Shown here piece after piece: positions 9,601 to 19,407 of a stretch of 64,000 bases of DNA. Below the pieces are notes generated by a model, which ran no database searches, was not told the origin of the DNA, and worked only from the letters and a program-made list of their open reading frames with translations. Position 1 is the first letter of the stretch, and every line of letters starts with the position of its first letter. Source of the DNA: Candidatus Poribacteria bacterium (lineage in GTDB: Bacteria; Poribacteria; WGA-4E; WGA-3G). Both the position numbers and the translations under genes were made by a program. The stretch spans positions 364,499-428,498 of the forward strand of contig CBDFHD010000002.1 in assembly GCA_965247285.1 (NCBI GenBank), read 5' to 3'.

Positions 9601-10629
9601 TTATATTTGTGCTTGGTGCCATTCTTGAACTGCTTCCGGAATTGCTTGCAGATTTGCGATTGTCGTCTGAAGTGGGATAGCGCACTCCGGTCCAATCAGT
9701 GGCACCCCTGCGTCAAGATTCTTTACAACCTCTGCTTTAACGTCTTCCGGTCCTTTGGAAAACAGTGTTTCAGGATTGTTAATGTTTCCAACGAGCGCAA
9801 TGCGCTCTTTCACAATGTCCATAGATTCCTGCGGCTCGTTTTTGGAGTCGTAATGGAAGGCGGACATGCCGGTTTGCGCGATGTATTCCATTCTGTCAAC
9901 GGTGCGCCCACAGATGTGCAGGATTAAGGGGATCGGGATACGTTCAACAAATTCGATGTGGAGGTCCCGTAGGTAGCGTTGGTAGTATTCGCCACTGACG
10001 AGATCGCCTGTGGCGTGGTCGGGGAGCGTAAGCGCATCGGCACCTGCCTCGATTTGTGCGACACCAAATTGCACAGTGGCTTCCTTCATCCGATCGAGTG
10101 CGAGTTTCGTTTTACCCGGGTCATCGAGCGAGAGCAACAGGAAAGGTTCAACGCCGAAGCAGTGGTAACCGAGCGACCAGGGTCCCATGGTTTTCCCGAT
10201 GACAGCGACTTCATCACCGTATTCTTTTTTCAGGATTTTAATCGCTTCGAGTACGCATTGGGTATCTGGATGTGTCAAGAAGTCGTCAGGTATAACGACA
10301 TCGTCAACGTCTTCCCAGATCGGTTCTCGCATTCTAACCGTGGGCCAGTTGTCCTTCTGTTCCCACTGAATTTTACAACCGAGTGCGCTCGATTCTTGGA
10401 TAATTGTGAAAACGGGCATGATGGTATCGAACCCGAGTTCGGTATATCCTGTCGCGGCGAGTCGTGCCATGAGTTCTGGCTCTCGGTTTGCTTGTGGGAA
10501 AGGGGCATCGACGAGATCCATCAGTTCAACGGTCGCGACGGAAGTCGGATTGCAGATAGGTGTGCGATCGGTGGGTTCATTATTGAGCGCAGCGAGCACC
10601 CGTTCACGCCCTGTCATTGGTGTTTGCAT
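9601..10629 (-). CDS. MtaA/CmuA-type methyltransferase (uroporphyrinogen decarboxylase superfamily)
   Basis: MTGRERV.AAL, EAGAD, LHICG, GNI.NP and GPECAIP motifs. Confidence 0.85.
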   Translation of the reverse strand: MQTPMTGRERVLAALNNEPTDRTPICNPTSVATVELMDLVDAPFPQANREPELMARLAATGYTELGFDTIMPVFTIIQESSALGCKIQWEQKDNWPTVRMREPIWEDVDDVVIPDDFLTHPDTQCVLEAIKILKKEYGDEVAVIGKTMGPWSLGYHCFGVEPFLLLSLDDPGKTKLALDRMKEATVQFGVAQIEAGADALTLPDHATGDLVSGEYYQRYLRDLHIEFVERIPIPLILHICGRTVDRMEYIAQTGMSAFHYDSKNEPQESMDIVKERIALVGNINNPETLFSKGPEDVKAEVVKNLDAGVPLIGPECAIPLQTTIANLQAIPEAVQEWHQAQI

Positions 10630-10641
10630 CTTCAGTTTCCT

Positions 10642-11298
10642 TTAGGTTTGTTGACTTGGGGCGGCAAGTACGCCGCGTGCGGCACCCATCTCCTCTTCTC
10701 GTAGGATGACTCTGACGTTCGGGGCGCGGATCAGTAGAAGTCCGATAAGTGCGTCGTGGGAATGCCCACAGGCAAAACTGACAGTATCATTGTTATCGGT
10801 TTCAATGTTGTCCATTTCGCCCAATTTCATTAAGCCGCCAGCTATCGCTGAGATTCGCCGTGCTGCGCCTCTGCCTTCATCATTTGCGTTAACCCGATAG
10901 ATACCGTTTCCAGTTGAATCGACCGTGATGGTGAGTCGTGATTTCCTATCCAGTATGTTTAAAGGGCGTGGTTCGGTATGGGTGTTTGATGCGAGTTTGC
11001 ATGCCTCTAAGAAGACGCGACGACATGCGGCTTCATGGATATTCTTACAAGGGAAATAGAGCAGACCTTCGGGGGTTTTTAGCATGCCACCGAGTGTTTG
11101 CATTGTTTGTGCAATTGCCTCAATTCTCTCGGTAGCCCCCGTCATTTGGCTATAGGTATGAACAAGGAAAGCAGGGAAATCCGTTCCAGTCGTTGCATCG
11201 GCAATTTGCTGGTGATAGAGTCCAATAGTAATATCGTGGAAGTGTGGATCAATGGGTATGAGTTCAATACGTCTGCCGATGTCAACAATGCGTCGCAT
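10642..11298 (-). CDS. Conserved hypothetical protein
   Basis: Long ORF. The ATG at 11298 (MRRIVDIGRR) avoids overlap with the upstream gene. Confidence 0.65.
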   Translation of the reverse strand: MRRIVDIGRRIELIPIDPHFHDITIGLYHQQIADATTGTDFPAFLVHTYSQMTGATERIEAIAQTMQTLGGMLKTPEGLLYFPCKNIHEAACRRVFLEACKLASNTHTEPRPLNILDRKSRLTITVDSTGNGIYRVNANDEGRGAARRISAIAGGLMKLGEMDNIETDNNDTVSFACGHSHDALIGLLLIRAPNVRVILREEEMGAARGVLAAPSQQT

Positions 11299-11317
11299 AG
11301 GGATTCCCTCACAGCAA

Positions 11318-12253
11318 TTAGCGACGGGCGAGTCGACCGCCGTAGTGATTTTCATAGATATACTTGTAGGCGCGTTCGGAGAGCCGCCGCAGGATATAGG
11401 TGCGCCGATTTCTCCATTTGGTAAAGGACTGCCACCGATTCTTTCGGTTTGTCTTGGTCCTGTCCTCCATCAACCCGATAAAAACATAAGGTCTCGATTT
11501 GCCTTGCGGGTCTCGGAATACTAATATGCCGCCGTCTCCTACCAATCCGTAAACAGTCCCAGTTTTATTGTAAACCGCCACCGATGAAGGGATGTAGGTT
11601 TTTTTAAAGATATAGTCTCCATTTTTGAGTTTGAAGTACCACTTCATTTTTTCAGAATGGGGGAGTTGCTCGTGCCACAACCGCATAAAGAACGTGCCGA
11701 GATCACTCGCAGAAGTCATATTCCTGTAAGTCCGTCCTCCCTGTGGTATGTATTCAACAATGTGGGTCTGCTTAAAATAGGGGTAATTAACTTTCAGTAT
11801 CCGATTTACCCGTGCCGGTCCCCCAAGTAATCGAATAAAATAGTTGGTTGATGGATTTGAACTCCGTTGGATCATTGCTGTCAGGTGTCCCCGATTTATA
11901 GCAGTGTGTGCTTGCCGTCTGTGTTTAACTTCATGAAAATAGGCGAGCATAACGAAGTTCTTAATAAGTGAGGCTGCCATCATCTGCCGATCTTCGTTGA
12001 TCGATACTATTTTTTTATTTTTTGAAATGTCGTAGACGACAAAGCTTGTTCGATCGGTTGTTGACAGAATCCGGCGACTCCGCCGGTTTTTGATATAGAG
12101 CTCGAAGGTTGCCTCCAGAGGCGAATCAATTGTTCCCCGGAGTTTACTTGGGATGCTCCAATATTTTGCCGCTGGCGCGCTACATATCGGAAATAATAGC
12201 GCGATACTACAACAGATCACAAGAAGGTTTAACTTTCGTATATATCTAAACAT
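11318..12253 (-). CDS. Serine hydrolase, class A beta-lactamase-like
   Basis: SxxK (ASLIK), SxN (SSN) and KTG motifs in order; N-terminal signal peptide. Confidence 0.8.
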   Translation of the reverse strand: MFRYIRKLNLLVICCSIALLFPICSAPAAKYWSIPSKLRGTIDSPLEATFELYIKNRRSRRILSTTDRTSFVVYDISKNKKIVSINEDRQMMAASLIKNFVMLAYFHEVKHRRQAHTAINRGHLTAMIQRSSNPSTNYFIRLLGGPARVNRILKVNYPYFKQTHIVEYIPQGGRTYRNMTSASDLGTFFMRLWHEQLPHSEKMKWYFKLKNGDYIFKKTYIPSSVAVYNKTGTVYGLVGDGGILVFRDPQGKSRPYVFIGLMEDRTKTNRKNRWQSFTKWRNRRTYILRRLSERAYKYIYENHYGGRLARR

Positions 12254-12341
12254 TTGCCGTCTATTTCCTTTCTTATACTTGTCTTTCTAACAGATAAAGG
12301 GAATGTTATTTATAAGTGCAAGTATACATCTGAGTTGTGAA

Positions 12342-13883
12342 TCACTCAATGTTGGAATTAATATCCGGATTAATAGTTGGTAACTGATAACACGCCGCCT
12401 CGCGGTCGCTTCGAACGAGAAGATAATCACCGGCAAGTGCGGGTGTGTTCCAAGCTCTACCCTTTACGGCTGCGAAACGTGCGTGTTCTATATGGGTGTT
12501 CGGGTTTGGATCTACGAGTACAACTTCGCCGGATTCGGTCAGGACGAGGAGAACATCGGAAATCAGGAGAGTCTGTCCATGTCCATATCTACCTCGTTTC
12601 CATTGACGTGTGCCGTCGGCTGGGTTTATACAGGCAAAAATCCCATCGTCCAGTCCATATAGATAGTCGTTGTAGTAAATGATGTTAGTGAATTTGGCTT
12701 TTAGATATATGGTTTCCCATATAATAGAGACGTTGAATTCACCCATCGGGTTACGAGAAATTTGGAACAGTTTAGCACCGACACCGTAACCGCTTGAGAC
12801 GAGAAGTTTGTCATCAGGTAGCGGGACCGGTTGCGATACACATTCCACTGAGGGGGGCCACGGTTGCTTCCATAAGAGTTCACCGCTCAACGGTTCATGC
12901 GCCGTGACGAGTCCTTGGTTAAAAATTACGATTTGCTCTACACCCGCCAGGGTTGTGAGGAGTGGTGAGCTGTAACCGCTCTTGTTCCTGTATCCTACCC
13001 AAACGATTTCGCCGGTCTCTCTGTGGTATGCAACTGCGCCGCCAGCACTGACGACAACGAGTTCACCGAAAACGAGCGGCGAAATGCTTACGCCCCAAGG
13101 TGGTGCTTCTGCCTCGTGCTCTTCAAAGATGTTGGTTGTCCAGAGTTGTTCTCCCGTCTCAAAATCGAGGCAGTTGAGAATCCCTGTTGAACCGACGGTA
13201 TAAACCCTGCTCCCTGAAATCGTTGGTGTTGCTCGCGGCCCGAGCCCAGCGGGAGGGGCGTGGTATCTCGCGTTATCTTCGCGGCTCCACTGGACATCGC
13301 CGGTGTGTAACTCATAACAGACGACTTTTTCCCAGTCGTCTTCCTGTTCTTGCGTGATTGCTGAGTTACCGGCAATTGCGAATCCTGACCAACCCGCGCC
13401 GACAGGTCGCCGCCACACTAACTTCGGTGGAGAGGATTCCCAATCAAGTTTCAATTGCGTCGTAGATATGACACCGTTTCGATTCTGTCCGAGGAATTGT
13501 GGGTAGTCCGTTGCGGACATTTGCGGATCCGACGTGTTTTCAGAACTTGGTCGGAAGGTAGTTTGACTCTCTTGCCAACGCCATTCAAATATCGGCACGA
13601 GGTCGCCGCTGAATCCTTTGAATTGGAATAGGTTGGTGCTGAGAAAAACACCCAAGACGATCACCGCAAGAGCAAGTAACTTAACCCGCCGTCTCATCTC
13701 AGAGAGGAATAACAACCATAATATACCCAAGATGATTGTGCCGATGACAATCATGGTGGTTAAGAGAATCTTGTCTTGGCGATGGCCCGCGTCCGAAATC
13801 CATGTCACCAGCGTGCCTAAAATGGCTAAGATGATGACAACCCAAAGGGGCCACCAGCGGATCGATTTTGGGGTGTGTTCCAC
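12342..13883 (-). CDS. Membrane-anchored PQQ-like beta-propeller protein
   Basis: N-terminal TM helices, YPQFLG.NR and repeated W-containing propeller motifs. Confidence 0.85.
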   Translation of the reverse strand: MEHTPKSIRWWPLWVVIILAILGTLVTWISDAGHRQDKILLTTMIVIGTIILGILWLLFLSEMRRRVKLLALAVIVLGVFLSTNLFQFKGFSGDLVPIFEWRWQESQTTFRPSSENTSDPQMSATDYPQFLGQNRNGVISTTQLKLDWESSPPKLVWRRPVGAGWSGFAIAGNSAITQEQEDDWEKVVCYELHTGDVQWSREDNARYHAPPAGLGPRATPTISGSRVYTVGSTGILNCLDFETGEQLWTTNIFEEHEAEAPPWGVSISPLVFGELVVVSAGGAVAYHRETGEIVWVGYRNKSGYSSPLLTTLAGVEQIVIFNQGLVTAHEPLSGELLWKQPWPPSVECVSQPVPLPDDKLLVSSGYGVGAKLFQISRNPMGEFNVSIIWETIYLKAKFTNIIYYNDYLYGLDDGIFACINPADGTRQWKRGRYGHGQTLLISDVLLVLTESGEVVLVDPNPNTHIEHARFAAVKGRAWNTPALAGDYLLVRSDREAACYQLPTINPDINSNIE

Positions 13884-14130
13884 TATGAGGGTTCCTTTTT
13901 TCCTTCATGAAACGTGAAATTACGCCTAAATTTCAGCGTTCCACGCTACCTTACTAACTATAATAGTGTTTTTGATTAGAATTTGTCAAGGGGAAATTTG
14001 TAGGATGCTGGGATGAACGCATTCTTCCGACCGTAAATCGCGTGAAACTTTGCAAAGTGAAGGAACGTTATGATAAAATAATGTAACACAGAAGAACGAA
14101 GAACAGGAATTGTGTGAAAGGGGGAACTGG

Positions 14131-14904
14131 ATGCGTTTTGAGAACAAGGTTGCCTTTGTAACAGGCGGCGGTGGACCGTTAGGTATCGGGAGAGCTGCGT
14201 GTTTGGCGTTCGCGCGTGAAGGCGCGTCTGTCGTTGTTGCCGGTGGTAGGAGTGCAGATGCTGTTGCCGCCGAAGTCCGCGCCGAGGGTGGAAAAGCTAT
14301 TGCTGTTCCATTAGATGTCACCGTGCCTGAGGCAGTTCAGGAAGCCGTAGAGATTGCAGTGGGGACATTTAAACGGATCGATATTCTCTTCAATAACGCT
14401 GGAATTCTCGGTGGACAGCCGTTGTTTGAAGTAACACCGGAGCAGTTTGACAGGGTAATGGCAGTGAATGTGAAGGGATGTCTTCTGTGTGCACAGGCGG
14501 TCGCTCAAGTGATGATTGCTCAAGGCATACGGGGACGAATCATTAACAACTCGTCTATTTTTGCCGAGGAATCTCACGTCGGTGTTTTGAGTTATTGTGT
14601 GAGTAAAGCTGCCCTGAATAGGCTCACGCGGAGTCTTGCACTGGAGCTTCGTCCACACGGTATCACCGTGAATGCTGTCGCACCCGGAGGTGGTGCCCCG
14701 ACCGGAATGAATGCTTCACGGAATCTTCCTGAAGATGATACCCTACCTGATTTACGGCCTGCTTCACCGGACACGCCGCCGCTTGAACGGGGGGCAACAG
14801 TATGGGACTATATCGGTGCAGTGTTGTTTCTTGCCTCTGATGAAGCCGCTTATATTAGTGGTGATATTATAACTATTGACGGGGGTGCCGTCTCGCGTCG
14901 ATGA
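14131..14904 (+). CDS. SDR family oxidoreductase
   Basis: VTGGGG..GIG, NNAG and YCVSK (YxxxK) motifs. Confidence 0.9.
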   Translation: MRFENKVAFVTGGGGPLGIGRAACLAFAREGASVVVAGGRSADAVAAEVRAEGGKAIAVPLDVTVPEAVQEAVEIAVGTFKRIDILFNNAGILGGQPLFEVTPEQFDRVMAVNVKGCLLCAQAVAQVMIAQGIRGRIINNSSIFAEESHVGVLSYCVSKAALNRLTRSLALELRPHGITVNAVAPGGGAPTGMNASRNLPEDDTLPDLRPASPDTPPLERGATVWDYIGAVLFLASDEAAYISGDIITIDGGAVSRR

Positions 14905-14927
14905 ATTGTGATTAGGAGAAAACTTTC

Positions 14928-15371
14928 TTGTCATTTGCTGACCCGTTGAAAGCTTACTGGCTCATTTTTTTTGGATGGTTAAAACTGCATGGGGTAATGC
15001 TAATTTTCGTCTCCGTCGCGAGTATTGTCGTTAGTATCCTCTTTTGCACGCTGGTTATTGCCTACTTACCTTCTGACTATTTCTCGCCTAATAGACGATT
15101 GCGTCGCATCAGACAACCCGTTTTGCGGATAAGCCTCAAGTGCTTAAAAAATCTATTCGCGGTGGTCCTTATTATTGTAGGGATTATTCAGCTACTCTTG
15201 CCGGGACAAGGTGTTTTGACGATGCTGATAGGAATTATCATCAGCGATATTCCCGGAAAGCGGAGGTTGGAACGTCGGATTATACGTTCGCCGGTCATCT
15301 TAGCCACCGCAAACGGCATTCGTTCTCGTTTTAAACGTCCGTTGCTTGTGTTGGATGAATCGGTGGAATAG
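14928..15371 (+). CDS. PGPGW-like small membrane protein
   Basis: TM helices with LLPGQG motif. Confidence 0.65.
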   Translation: MSFADPLKAYWLIFFGWLKLHGVMLIFVSVASIVVSILFCTLVIAYLPSDYFSPNRRLRRIRQPVLRISLKCLKNLFAVVLIIVGIIQLLLPGQGVLTMLIGIIISDIPGKRRLERRIIRSPVILATANGIRSRFKRPLLVLDESVE

Positions 15372-15438
15372 AAGCGATTCACCGGATGGGATCATCTTGT
15401 TCAGAGTCGTTATCACGATGGGGATGAAGATGATCGGG

Positions 15439-16149
15439 CTACCGTGGTACCAGTTGCTTGTGAATCTCCAATAACCGTTGGAGTTCTTCGATCGGCTTCT
15501 CGGCATCGTCCACCCGTAGATCGATGTACCGGTCATTGAACCCCCCGTAGCCACTGCTTTCTTGAACGACGAGCAGAGCGGCTGACTGTTGTCCACGGAC
15601 ATCACCACCTGCTTCTTGCCCTGCGAAGAGTGCTACCATTAATTTATCCGCCAGTTCACCGTCTGTTTCCTCAAACGCTTTGCTCATCGCCTTGACGACC
15701 TCTTCACCAGCGAGGATATTGCCTTGAGCGGTATAGTGTTTACCTGAGACAGCACCTGCCCACTCGTTACATTCATCACCCGTGTAGTGAGCAACATTGC
15801 CCTTCGCATCCACGATACCTACCTGACGCGTTGCACGTCCCGAATCATCCGCGATGAGACGTTCCAAAGTCTGTTCAGCGGAGAGTCCGCTTTTGAGCAG
15901 TTTTAACCCGTTGGGTCCGAAGGTCGTATTTGCCCAAGATTGGGTCGCAATCGCACCAACACCTGCCTCTGCCCACGGCACAACCGAGCCAACAGCGAAA
16001 AATTTGGATTGCACGGCAATCCCAAGAGCACCGGTTTCTGCGTCATATCCGACAATTGAAAACGTCGCGACGGGCGGCAGCGCAGGTCTTTCATGGGATA
16101 TGTCGGGATCGGAAAGGTGGAACAGTAGGCTAAAGGGAATCAAAAACAT
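15439..16149 (-). CDS. DUF1028 family (Ntn-hydrolase-like) protein
   Basis: TFSIVGYD, VGAIATQS, QGNILAGE, GGDVRG.QSAAL and DLRVDD motifs. Start placed at MFLIPF. Confidence 0.85.
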   Translation of the reverse strand: MFLIPFSLLFHLSDPDISHERPALPPVATFSIVGYDAETGALGIAVQSKFFAVGSVVPWAEAGVGAIATQSWANTTFGPNGLKLLKSGLSAEQTLERLIADDSGRATRQVGIVDAKGNVAHYTGDECNEWAGAVSGKHYTAQGNILAGEEVVKAMSKAFEETDGELADKLMVALFAGQEAGGDVRGQQSAALLVVQESSGYGGFNDRYIDLRVDDAEKPIEELQRLLEIHKQLVPR

Positions 16150-16207
16150 CTTGCGTATCTCCCATGACAACGTATTAGTGAAGTATACGATGACTGAGTC
16201 GTTGTGG

Positions 16208-16264
16208 GGCGAGGTTAGGAATGCAGATCGCATTTGGGCGAGTACGCCGCAAAACCTCGCCAGC
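16208..16264 (+). repeat. REP-armed miniature element, copy 2
   Basis: Same core as 603-734 but with GGCGAGGTT / AACCTCGCC arms. Confidence 0.8.
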
Positions 16265-16276
16265 GATGGTGGGGGC

Positions 16277-17575
16277 TTAATCTTCTTCAAATCGGATTTT
16301 CATAGCCGCGGCGTGTCCTTCGAGTCCTTCAACCTCAGCCAGTTTAATAACTGATGGTGTGACTTCCTCTAAAGCCGCTTTGGTGTATGAGATGAGACTT
16401 GACTTCTTTAGGAAATCGTCAACGCTGAGAGGCGAGGCATAGCGTGCGGCTGTTCCTGTAGGTAAGACATGGTTTGGTCCTGCAATGTAATCCCCAACGG
16501 CTTCTGGCGAATAGGGACCTATGAAGATAGCCCCCGCATTATGCACGTCTCCGAGCCAATCAAATGGGTTTTCAATATGTAGTTCAAGGTGTTCCGGTGC
16601 GATTTCGTTGGCGAGGGTGAACGCCTCCGATAGATTTGAGGTGATAAACGCGGCACCGAAGTTTGCAAATGCCTCTGTAAGTTCGTCGCGACGAGGTAAG
16701 GATTCGCCCTGAACTTCGATAGCGGATTTGACTTGTTCGGCGAACCCAAGTGAAGGCGTGATGAGGATTGCAGCGGAGTCAGATTTGTGTTCTGCTTGTG
16801 AGATAAGATCCGCGGCGACGTAATTTGGGTCAGCTGTGCTGTCGGCAATGACAAGGATTTCGCTGGGACCCGCTAATTTGTCTATATCAACATGCCCATA
16901 GACCTCTTTCTTGGCAAATTGGACATAGAGGTTCCCCGGTCCGACAATTTTATCGACAGATGGGATGGTCTTGGTGCCGTACGCCATCGCCGCGACGGCT
17001 TGTGCACCACCACATTTGTAGATTTCTTGGATACCACATTCTGCGGCAGCAACCAACATATAGGGGTTAATGTCCCGATTTCGCATCGGGGGGATACAGA
17101 CGGCGATTTCTTCAACACCGGCAACGGTAGCGGGGATAACGTTCATCAGCAATGAAGAGACGAGGAGTTGGCTGATGGATGGAACACAAACACCGACACG
17201 CCTGAGGGGACGAATCAGAAGTCCGAGCAGTACACCCTTGGGTTCTATTGACATCCATGAAGTCCGTAACTGTTTCTGGTGGAATTTTTCGATGTTTGTT
17301 CTCGCGTGCGTGATTGCGTCTATAAATTCAGATGGAACTTCTAAATAGGCTTCCCCAAATTCTTCTCGTGATACCTTGAGCTCCTTTGCTGAGATACGGG
17401 GTGCGTCGAGTTTGCGTGTATATCGAACAACCGCTTTATCCCCTTCCGCTTGCACATCACTCAAAGTACGCCGGACGACCTTCAAGATACCTTCATCTGT
17501 TAGTTTACCCCGTGCCTTCAACTTTGAGAGAAAATCCGCAGCTTCTTGGGTCCGTGTCTCAACAATTTGTAACAT
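16277..17575 (-). CDS. hisD: Histidinol dehydrogenase
   Basis: GGAQAVAA, KIVGPGN.YV, AGPSE, QAEH, APEHLEL and GPNHVLPT motifs. Confidence 0.97.
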   Translation of the reverse strand: MLQIVETRTQEAADFLSKLKARGKLTDEGILKVVRRTLSDVQAEGDKAVVRYTRKLDAPRISAKELKVSREEFGEAYLEVPSEFIDAITHARTNIEKFHQKQLRTSWMSIEPKGVLLGLLIRPLRRVGVCVPSISQLLVSSLLMNVIPATVAGVEEIAVCIPPMRNRDINPYMLVAAAECGIQEIYKCGGAQAVAAMAYGTKTIPSVDKIVGPGNLYVQFAKKEVYGHVDIDKLAGPSEILVIADSTADPNYVAADLISQAEHKSDSAAILITPSLGFAEQVKSAIEVQGESLPRRDELTEAFANFGAAFITSNLSEAFTLANEIAPEHLELHIENPFDWLGDVHNAGAIFIGPYSPEAVGDYIAGPNHVLPTGTAARYASPLSVDDFLKKSSLISYTKAALEEVTPSVIKLAEVEGLEGHAAAMKIRFEED

Positions 17576-17652
17576 CCTTCAATAATCCTTCCTCTTCGTT
17601 GGTGACGTTTATAGAGCGGGTTTTAGGAACTGACAAACGTTGCCAAAAGCGG

Positions 17653-18933
17653 CTAAACTTCTTCATTGCTGTCGCTGACTCTTTTAATGTTTGCGCCGAT
17701 GTTGTTAAGTTTTCCCTCAATGGATTCATATCCACGGTCAATGTGATAGATTCGTGATACGACGGTTTCACCGACTGCTGCCATTCCAGCTGCAACAAGG
17801 ACAGCACCGGCACGTAGATCGGAAGCCATCACGGGTGCACCACTGAGTTTGGAAACGCCGTTAATCACTGCCTTGCTACCATCAAGCATAATGTCCGCGC
17901 CCATCCGGTTCAGTTCCGCTGCATGGATGTAGCGATCTGTGTGTACGTTTTCTGTGATAACGCTGGTCCCGGATGCGAGGCAGAGCAATCCCATAATTTG
18001 TGCCTGCATATCTGTCGGAAAGCCGGGGAAGGGTTCTGTGATGACATCAATACCTCTAATCTCGCGTGGTGTTGTAACGCGGACGCCATTGTCATCCCAA
18101 TCTAACTCGACACCTGCTTCAGTGAGTTTTTCTGAGATGGCGGGAATTTGTTGCGGTGTGATGCCTTTGACATAGACATCGCCTCTGGTAATAGCCCCTG
18201 CGACAATGAAAGTGCCAGCCTCGATATCGTCAGATATAACGGTGTGTTCGGTTCCGCGCAGTTGCTTGACTCCGTGAATCGTCAGGACAGAAGTGCCGAT
18301 GCCTTCTATATCTGCTCCCATCGCGCTGAGGAAACGGGCGAGATCAGAGATATGCGGTTCACGTGCCGCGCCACGGATAACCGTAGTGCCTTCAGCTAAG
18401 GTGGCAGCCATCATAACGTTCGCAGTTGCACCGACGCTGGGTCCGTGTTGTCCCATGAGATACATCTCTGTGCCGACCAGCCGTTCCGCTTGCGCGTAAA
18501 TGTATCCGCTTTCCACTGTGACTTCTGCGCCTAAGTGCTCCAAACCTCGGGTATGCAAGTCGATCGGTCGGGGTCCAATGGCACATCCGCCGGGGAATGA
18601 GACTTTTGCCTTTCCTAATTTCGCCACGAGTGGACCGAGGACATAGATAGATGCGCGCATTTTTCGCACGAGTTCGTAAGGCGCTTCGTACTCTAAGTGG
18701 TTTATTGGTTCAATATAGAGCGAGGAATTTTTTATTTTTGTTGTTGCCCCGAGCCCTTCCAGCACGGCACTGAGGGTTTTTACGTCTGTTAGATTTGGCA
18801 CATTGTGGAGCACACTGGAACCATCGCCGAGAATCGCAGCGGCGACAGCGATAGGTAGGACTGCGTTTTTGCAACCGCTGACTGGGATTGTTCCTTGAAG
18901 TCGAGTGCCCCCTTTGACAATTAATTTTTCCAT
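17653..18933 (-). CDS. murA: UDP-N-acetylglucosamine 1-carboxyvinyltransferase
   Basis: KNAVLP, PGGCAIGPRP, FPTDMQAQ, DLRAG and HIDRGYE motifs. Confidence 0.97.
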   Translation of the reverse strand: MEKLIVKGGTRLQGTIPVSGCKNAVLPIAVAAAILGDGSSVLHNVPNLTDVKTLSAVLEGLGATTKIKNSSLYIEPINHLEYEAPYELVRKMRASIYVLGPLVAKLGKAKVSFPGGCAIGPRPIDLHTRGLEHLGAEVTVESGYIYAQAERLVGTEMYLMGQHGPSVGATANVMMAATLAEGTTVIRGAAREPHISDLARFLSAMGADIEGIGTSVLTIHGVKQLRGTEHTVISDDIEAGTFIVAGAITRGDVYVKGITPQQIPAISEKLTEAGVELDWDDNGVRVTTPREIRGIDVITEPFPGFPTDMQAQIMGLLCLASGTSVITENVHTDRYIHAAELNRMGADIMLDGSKAVINGVSKLSGAPVMASDLRAGAVLVAAGMAAVGETVVSRIYHIDRGYESIEGKLNNIGANIKRVSDSNEEV

Positions 18934-18962
18934 TTCCTACTCCTTCACAAATTTTCGTCACC

Positions 18963-19159
18963 GAATGTAATGGGTTGTGTTAACCCTACTTGCATAAACG
19001 ATGCCAATCGGTTACTTGTTACAGGTTATAGACACTATATGGCTTTATATGGCTTTTTATATGCAAGGAATGTAAGGGTTTCATTAACCCTATCGCGTAA
19101 TTGATACCAATCGATTACTTGTTAGACACTATAGACACTATATGGCTTTATATGGCTTT
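18963..19159 (+). repeat. Imperfect ~104-bp tandem duplication in the divergent promoter region
   Basis: GAATGTAA...TTAACCCT...CCAATCG.TTACTTGTTA...ATAGACACTATATGGCTTTATATGGCTTT occurs twice. Confidence 0.85.
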
Positions 19160-19215
19160 TGGCTTTAAAAAATGTGTCAAAAAGGACACATGTTATCTAT
19201 TCTCGCAGAATTTGC

Positions 19216-19244
19216 TTGTATTGACGGACAATTTTTGATAAAAT
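19216..19244 (+). promoter_or_regulatory. Sigma70-like promoter
   Basis: TTGTAT-17-TAAAAT with TGn extension. Confidence 0.45.
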
Positions 19245-19407
19245 GTGAGTCCAGTAGAACTTACGTCAATTTCTTTGATGGCTCGGTTTCCAATTGAGGT
19301 TTTTTCAGAAACAGTGTGTTTGAGAAGTTCGGTTGAGACCTCACTGTGTCACATCGGCGTAAGTCCTGTTCACAATCTATTTTGAGGATGAGGATAAGGT
19401 AAAACAG

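Noticed and set aside
17559-17813. 84-aa ORF between murA and hisD, and many other 60-170 aa overlapping ORFs
   Set aside because: They overlap confidently assigned genes in other frames and have no recognisable motifs.
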